A stretch of DNA of 40,795 bases from a virus (lineage: Duplodnaviria > Caudoviricetes). The stretch spans positions 1-40,795 of the IMG/VR virus record IMGVR_UViG_3300031184_000003; one strand, written 5' to 3'. This document shows, in pieces, positions 35,913 through 40,795 of the stretch; the first letter of the stretch is position 1; every line of letters starts with the position of its first letter. Below the pieces are notes generated by a model that did not search any database, had not been told where the DNA came from, and saw only the letters and a program-made list of their open reading frames with translations. The translations under genes were made by a program, and so were the position numbers.

Positions 35913-36209
35913 ATGACGCAATCGACTGGGCGCCGCCAACGGCGCCCGCAGGTGCAGGATGTCAGCGCAGCTCAGGACCCCGATGCGCTGCTCACCATCG
36001 AGACAGTCTCGAAGCTCACCGGCCTGGCGCCGGCAACCATCCGCAAGCGTGCGCAGCGCGGGCGCTTCCCGCATCCGCTGCGGCTCAGCTCGCGCATGTC
36101 GCGCTGGCGCGCCGCCGAGGTGCGGCTGTACCTGCAGCTCATCGGGCAAGGCCTGCAATGGCAAGGGGGCGCCGAAGCGCCCCCTGCTGCTGGTGCCGCG
36201 CCTGGTTAG
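35913..36209 (+). CDS. AlpA-family excisionase/regulator
   Basis: LLTIETVSKLTGLAPATI...GRFPHPLRLS.R.SRW; convergent with the integrase. Confidence 0.85.
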   Translation: MTQSTGRRQRRPQVQDVSAAQDPDALLTIETVSKLTGLAPATIRKRAQRGRFPHPLRLSSRMSRWRAAEVRLYLQLIGQGLQWQGGAEAPPAAGAAPG

Positions 36210-37726
36210 GCGGCCTGGCGCTCGGCCTCGGGCATCGGCTGGTCGTCCATCTGCTCGAACTCGCGCATCTCTTCGGCCTTGAGCTGCGCGAGCTGCTTGG
36301 CGTAAGTGTCGGCAGCGGGCATGCGCTTACCGAGCACGATGGCATCGACGTAGTCGCTCCACTGCTGCGCGATGACGCGGCGCTCGGTGACCATCGACAG
36401 CCGCGCGTAGGTGCGGCCCATGCCGCCCGTGGGCACCAGCTCCTTCATCAGCGAGCCGTTGATGTGCGCCAGGTGCATCTCAAGCGCGGCGCCGTCGCAA
36501 CCGAGGCGCTCTTGCGCCATCGTGCGGAACGTGGCGCGGAAGCCGTGCGGCTTGTGCTCGACAGCCAGGCCACCGGCACGCGCGCGGCGCAGCGATTCGT
36601 TGAGCACATCGCGCGCCACCGGCTTGCTCGCGTCGTCGCGGTTAGGGAACACGTAGGCGCTCGCGGGTTGCGTGGCAATCCACGCGCGCAGCAGCTCGCA
36701 CGTCTGACGCGACAGCGGGATCGTGTGCGCCACGCCGCGCTGGCTGCGCTTGCGCTTGAGCTTCTCGGCAGGCACGACCCACATGCCCGCATCGAGGTCC
36801 AGCTCGGTGTGCTCCATCGAGGTGACCATGCGCGGGCGCTGCGCGGTCTGCGCGCTCACCCACGAGATGACGCGGACCAGCTCGGTGCTCTCGCTCAGGC
36901 GGCGCATCAGGGCGCGCAGCTCTTCGGGCACCACAACGCCGTCGTGGTGCACGGTGGCGGGCTGCACGTCGTGCGGGTCAATCAGCTCGGCGCGCTGCGA
37001 GCGGTCGCCCAGCATCGCCACCGGGTTTGCATCGATGACTTCCTCGCGCAGCGCCATCGCGCACACTTCGCTCACGCACGACATCGCGCGCTTGGCGCCA
37101 GCGATGTCAGGCACGAACGCAGAACCGTCTGTGTTGATGCGCGCGTTGCCATGCTCGTCGGTGGCCTTGGTGAGCGCGCGGATGATGCCGCGCAGCAGCT
37201 TCGGGGTCACCTCGATGATGGGCGTGTGCGCGATGTGCGGCAGCACGCGCAGCTTCAGGTCGCGCGCGAAGCGGTCGGTATAGCTCGCCTTCCAGGCGCC
37301 CACGGCGGCCTTCTCTTTCTGCAGCAGCGTGGCCCAGTGGCCGAAGGTGCCGATGCCAGGCATGCCCTGGTCGGTAAGCGCCTGGTTGGCGGCCTCGGTG
37401 ACCTTGCGCGCCTTGTCAGTCTCGCGCTGGTCCATCGGGTCGATGCCGCGCTCGCGCAGTGTTGCGGCAGCTCCTGCGTCGGCGCGCGCTTGCGCGATGG
37501 TCACGCTCGGGTAGTCGCCGATGGTCATCATGCGCTGCAACTTCTGCGTCGGGCGCTTCGGGTTGTTGCGCGTCGGGCTGGTGTACTCGTAGCGCCAGGC
37601 GTGCCGCGTCGGGTTCGCCTTCGTGAAGGGCTGCAGGAAGAGCCCAGGAGTGAGCGCGTCGTACTGACGCAGTGCGCCAGGCTTCAGTGCGTCGATTGCG
37701 GTCTTGGTGATGCCCTTGGTAGCCAT
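36206..37726 (-). CDS. int: P4-like tyrosine integrase with arm-binding domain (506 aa)
   Basis: N-terminal TIGDYPSVTIAQAR; catalytic R (TAQRP), K, HGFR, H (LAH), Y (RTYAR). Confidence 0.92.
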   Translation of the reverse strand: MATKGITKTAIDALKPGALRQYDALTPGLFLQPFTKANPTRHAWRYEYTSPTRNNPKRPTQKLQRMMTIGDYPSVTIAQARADAGAAATLRERGIDPMDQRETDKARKVTEAANQALTDQGMPGIGTFGHWATLLQKEKAAVGAWKASYTDRFARDLKLRVLPHIAHTPIIEVTPKLLRGIIRALTKATDEHGNARINTDGSAFVPDIAGAKRAMSCVSEVCAMALREEVIDANPVAMLGDRSQRAELIDPHDVQPATVHHDGVVVPEELRALMRRLSESTELVRVISWVSAQTAQRPRMVTSMEHTELDLDAGMWVVPAEKLKRKRSQRGVAHTIPLSRQTCELLRAWIATQPASAYVFPNRDDASKPVARDVLNESLRRARAGGLAVEHKPHGFRATFRTMAQERLGCDGAALEMHLAHINGSLMKELVPTGGMGRTYARLSMVTERRVIAQQWSDYVDAIVLGKRMPAADTYAKQLAQLKAEEMREFEQMDDQPMPEAERQAA

Positions 37727-38105
37727 GATTCGTTGCCCTCGCAAACGGTTGGTTGTCGAAGGCTCGATCCTGCATCCCGTAGGCCATCCTGTAAAGCGAC
37801 CGTCTCTGTCCGTCCCTGCATGGCCCGCTATGGCCCACATACAGAGTTGTGGTGTAGCAGTTTTTCCTAATGCTGACAGCTACTTAGCGCATGGTTATAG
37901 CGGGATCGGACGTGGTCCGAACGGGCCCGAAACGACACGTGCTAGCACACCCGCATTCTTGACCAAAGTGCAGGGACAAAGAAAAAGCGCTTTGGAATCA
38001 ACACGTTGCGATGGCCCCCCGATTTAGGTTCCGTTGCCCATTCCGCAACGCACCTTCGATGACGATGTCACGGCAGCTCGATCTTCGTTAGAGTCGAGGT
38101 GCCGA

Positions 38106-38213
38106 GGCGAGGCATGGCGAGGTCAGGCCTGGCAAGGCGTGGCATGGTTTGGCTGGGTGAGGCAGGGCCCGCAATTGCGGGAGAGTGGCGGCCCTTCGGG
38201 GCCGCTTCTCTTT
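38106..38213 (+). ncRNA. GGY-NN pentamer array RNA (VIPR vrRNA-like) with 3' hairpins
   Basis: 13 consecutive GGY-NN units at 38106-38170, palindrome at 38168-38181, cUUCGg hairpin at 38188-38205, TTT at 38211-38213. Confidence 0.7.
38182..38213 (+). terminator. Intrinsic terminator closing the pentamer array
   Basis: GCGGCCC-TTCG-GGGCCGC followed by TTCTCTTT. Confidence 0.7.
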
Positions 38214-38384
38214 GGTGGGCCCGCCCCGTGCGCACCCGGACCCTTTCCACCAGGCCGAGCACTACCTCGCGCGGAGCGAGCCCGCGTGCAGGCTAGCACG
38301 CTTAGACGTCACACCCTCATTGCGGGTGAGCACGACACCCGCTAAGCGGGTACACTGCGGCTTCCTTTCCACCAGGAGCTTTGA

Positions 38385-39017
38385 ATGACTACCCCCCGCT
38401 TCACCAGCTTCGAGATTATCGAGCTGCATCTCAGCTACTCCACCGGCTTCGCCCGCAAGTACGGCAAGCGCGTGCGCGCTGCTGGCGGCACCTACTCGGA
38501 ATGCCGCGGCAACCAGACTAAGCGCTACGTCACCATCTCGACGAACCCGCTCAACCACAAGCTCATCAACGACATCCTGTGGGATGTGTCGCCCGATGTC
38601 GTGATGCTGCGCGGCGCCAGCCAGGGCGTGCGCGACCGCATCGGCACTGTGGCCGCTGACTGGGTGCTGCACATCCCAAAGTCTGTTGTCAGCACGCTGG
38701 CCTCGACGGCAGTGGCGCCCGTCAAGATGCTTGAGCAGTTCATCGACATCAAGCTCGGCACGCCCGCGCAGGCCGCGATGGCAGCGCAGATCGCGAAGCG
38801 GCGCGAAGAGCAGTTCGCCACCGCGCTGCTGGAGCGCGCCAACACGGCACGCCGCGATGCCCTCGCCAAGGCCGCCCCGCGCCTCTTGGCTGCGCTGCAG
38901 GTGTTCACCACCTCGCGCTCGCTGCGCGAGTACCTGCAGGCATGTGACCCCCAAGCGCTGGCGCAAGCTGATGCCGCCATCAACGCCGCCACGGGCGAGC
39001 TGACGGAGGCCGCATGA
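38385..39017 (+). CDS. Hypothetical protein (210 aa)
   Basis: CAGGAG RBS; C-terminal AAPRLLAAL...[11 protein letters not shown], a common phage motif. Confidence 0.75.
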   Translation: MTTPRFTSFEIIELHLSYSTGFARKYGKRVRAAGGTYSECRGNQTKRYVTISTNPLNHKLINDILWDVSPDVVMLRGASQGVRDRIGTVAADWVLHIPKSVVSTLASTAVAPVKMLEQFIDIKLGTPAQAAMAAQIAKRREEQFATALLERANTARRDALAKAAPRLLAALQVFTTSRSLREYLQACDPQALAQADAAINAATGELTEAA

Positions 39018-39235
39018 GCACCCCCATCGCACTGCACATCGCTGGCCGCCAGGCCGGCGTCGCCAGCCTGTACACCGAGGCCACGCTGCGCCGCGAGGCG
39101 CGGCACCTGGCTGGCCGCGACGCCATCATCAGCGTGCACATCAGCGTGCACGATACCGAGGCCTGCTCGGCTCAGCTCGTCGTCGAGCACCGCAACCGCG
39201 CCGGCCTGGTCACCGTTTCGAGGTGCTGCCTGTGA
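39014..39235 (+). CDS. Hypothetical protein (73 aa)
   Basis: ATGA-coupled; GGAGG RBS. Confidence 0.6.
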   Translation: MSTPIALHIAGRQAGVASLYTEATLRREARHLAGRDAIISVHISVHDTEACSAQLVVEHRNRAGLVTVSRCCL

Positions 39236-39699
39236 TTGCCTCCAAAGCCGCCATGCGGCGCACCGAAGAGGATGACGTGATTGCCCGCGCGATGGCAATC
39301 CTGGCGAAGCGTGCCAGGCGCGCCGATGTGCTCGAAAAGCCGCAGGCCGCGCGCGACTACATGCGCCTGGCGCTCGGCACGCAAGAGCGCGAGTGCTTCG
39401 CTGTGCTCTTCCTCGATAACACCCACAAGCCGCTGCACTTCGAAGTGCTCTTCAAAGGCACGCTCACGCAAACGTCGGTGTACCCGCGCATCGTGGTGAG
39501 CGAAGCGCTGAAGCACAACGCCGCTGCAGTGATCTTTTCGCACAACCACCCGAGCGGCATAACCGAGCCGTCGCACGCCGACATGCACCTCACCAGCACG
39601 CTCAAGAGCGCGCTGGCGCTCATCGATGTGCGCGTGCTCGATCACATCATCGTCGGTGCCGAAGGCACCGTGTCATTCGCCGAAAGAGGTTTGCTTTGA
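39232..39699 (+). CDS. radC: RadC-family JAB/MPN domain protein
   Basis: [39 protein letters not shown]. Confidence 0.92.
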   Translation: MIASKAAMRRTEEDDVIARAMAILAKRARRADVLEKPQAARDYMRLALGTQERECFAVLFLDNTHKPLHFEVLFKGTLTQTSVYPRIVVSEALKHNAAAVIFSHNHPSGITEPSHADMHLTSTLKSALALIDVRVLDHIIVGAEGTVSFAERGLL

Positions 39700-40043
39700 A
39701 TCACACCCGTACACTGAGTCACTTGGCTCGAATCAACCTAGAGACGTTGCGCTCGCAGCACGGCGCGCTCGTGGCCGCGCTGGGCTCCGAGTCGCCCACC
39801 GAGCTGCGCCGCTTCCTGGTGCTCGACGTGCGCACTGGCGCGACCCCGCTGCGCTTCGCTGACGACGGCACCGCGCGCATGGCGACGATGAGCACCGCGA
39901 CCAGGTTCAACACGTACCAGGCCGCGCGCAAGGCCGGCGCGGTGCTCACCGATGGTGGCAAGCCGGCGCACATCGATGACACCTACGCCGCACTTATCCG
40001 CTGCACCGAGCAGCGCATCGCCGCCCTTGTGGAGCTGCCATGA
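39696..40043 (+). CDS. Hypothetical protein (115 aa)
   Basis: TTGA-coupled to radC. Confidence 0.55.
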   Translation: MNHTRTLSHLARINLETLRSQHGALVAALGSESPTELRRFLVLDVRTGATPLRFADDGTARMATMSTATRFNTYQAARKAGAVLTDGGKPAHIDDTYAALIRCTEQRIAALVELP

Positions 40044-40264
40044 TCCTCACCCTGTTTCTCTTCTTCGTCGTGGCCCCTGCAGCACTCGGGCTGCTGGCTC
40101 TGGCTGGCTCTGAATTCGTTGCTTGGACGAAGCAGCCGAAAGCTGCGAAGGCCGCGCCTGAGCCCGTTACGGGCCCCTGGTGGGCCAAGCCGCTGCCCTG
40201 GTGGGCGCAGCTCCTGGCGTGCGTCGTGGTGTTCGGCGTGCTCGGCTGGATCACCAGGCCATGA
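40040..40264 (+). CDS. Small two-TM membrane protein
   Basis: Two hydrophobic helices; coupled. Confidence 0.65.
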   Translation: MILTLFLFFVVAPAALGLLALAGSEFVAWTKQPKAAKAAPEPVTGPWWAKPLPWWAQLLACVVVFGVLGWITRP

Positions 40265-40476
40265 GCGAGATGCACGCACCACTGCCCGCGCAGGTGCAGG
40301 CCGCGCGCGCTGCCGTTGGGCTCACGCAGCGCGAGGCCGCCGAGCTGGTGCACCTGCTCGATGCGAAGCGCTGGGGCGAGTACGAGACGGGCGCGCGCAA
40401 GATGGACACCGCGCGCTGGCACCTCTTCCTGCTGCTCACCCGCCAGGTCGCGCTTCCTGCCCGCAAACGGGCTTAG
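40261..40476 (+). CDS. Small XRE-type HTH protein
   Basis: ARAAVGLTQREAAELV...WGEYETGARKM..ARWHLF. Confidence 0.8.
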   Translation: MSEMHAPLPAQVQAARAAVGLTQREAAELVHLLDAKRWGEYETGARKMDTARWHLFLLLTRQVALPARKRA

Positions 40477-40493
40477 GAAGCCCAGGTTCAACG

Positions 40494-40518
40494 ACAAGGG
40501 CCCCGCTGGGGCCCTTGT
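40494..40518. terminator. Hairpin between convergent operons (possible bidirectional terminator)
   Basis: ACAAGGGCCCC-GCT-GGGGCCCTTGT. Confidence 0.7.
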
Positions 40519-40522
40519 GCTT

Positions 40523-40753
40523 TCATGGGCCCTCGTGAGGCCGCTGCTGCCGCCAGGCCGGCGCCGCCTCTGCGATGGCCTCGATGGTCGCTGCAGGCCG
40601 CCACAGCACCATGACGCCGCCAGGCTCGCACGTGAGCCGGCGCAGCCCGAGGTCGAAGCTGCAGGGCCCGCTGATGAGCGCGCAGCCGCTCAGGGCGATG
40701 ACGGCGGCGCAGGCGGCGGCAGCAGCGCCGCCACGACACGCGACAGTGCCCAT
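40523..40753 (-). CDS. Putative lipoprotein (o-spanin-like), overlapping the 42-215 gene across the junction
   Basis: Lipobox VIALSGC after an Ala-rich hydrophobic stretch; ends just before the terminator hairpin. Confidence 0.4.
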   Translation of the reverse strand: MGTVACRGGAAAAACAAVIALSGCALISGPCSFDLGLRRLTCEPGGVMVLWRPAATIEAIAEAAPAWRQQRPHEGP

Positions 40754-40795
40754 AGCGCCAGGCCTGCGCCTGTGAGGTTGAAGGGCGCCGCGACG
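40649..40795. repeat. Terminal direct repeat, copy 2
   Basis: Matches 1-147 with one mismatch. Confidence 0.95.

Noticed and set aside
35906-37870. 654-aa plus-strand ORF opposite the integrase
   Set aside because: Antisense shadow of int with Arg/Ala/His-rich, non-globular composition.
38106-38170. CRISPR array or simple microsatellite interpretation
   Set aside because: No 25-45 nt repeats with spacers, no cas genes, and the units vary only at positions 3-5, unlike slippage repeats.
38106-38170. Self-target of the gapped NN code within this genome
   Set aside because: A by-eye search gave only partial matches of about 4 dinucleotides (e.g. near 29282); a computational scan is needed.
38034-38388. 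Short ORFs across the pentamer array (e.g. RGEAWRGQAWQGVAWFG)
   Set aside because: The peptide pattern is a by-product of 5-nt periodicity; there is no RBS, and the frames cross a terminator hairpin.
1-40795. tRNA or tmRNA genes and a LexA box
   Set aside because: No cloverleaf or T-loop signature noticed, and no CTGT-N8-ACAG seen in the intergenic regions examined.

Overview
The window looks like a complete, circularly permuted temperate phage genome of about 40.65 kb. Bases 1-147 repeat at 40649-40795 with one mismatch. It is GC-rich, podovirus-like in gene content, and the host is probably a betaproteobacterium (inference from protein families). Minus strand, 27.7 kb down to 0: replication (DUF1376/O-like initiator with internal ori, P-like loader), nin-like accessory genes (YkgJ CxxCxxCC, SAM methyltransferase, RusA-like), a Q-like regulator, terminase, portal, a polyvalent-type protein, scaffold, major capsid, tail tubular proteins, GNAT, ejection proteins with an embedded PAPS-reductase-family gene, tail fibre and small membrane genes. 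Plus strand: HTH repressor, RecE-like exonuclease/Bet, hypotheticals and AlpA/Xis. These are followed by a P4-type tyrosine integrase (minus) and an accessory block with RadC/JAB. Most notable observations: (1) 13 perfect GGY-NN pentamers followed by a cUUCGg terminator at 38106-38213, matching a VIPR guide-RNA architecture, with no recognisable Vipr protein gene; (2) the decapeptide DPNSVVREGE shared, with only synonymous codon differences, between an ejection protein and a disordered Gly/Pro/Met protein; (3) two intergenic parS-like sites without parAB; (4) no recognisable endolysin. All family calls are by-eye motif recognition; no database search was run.
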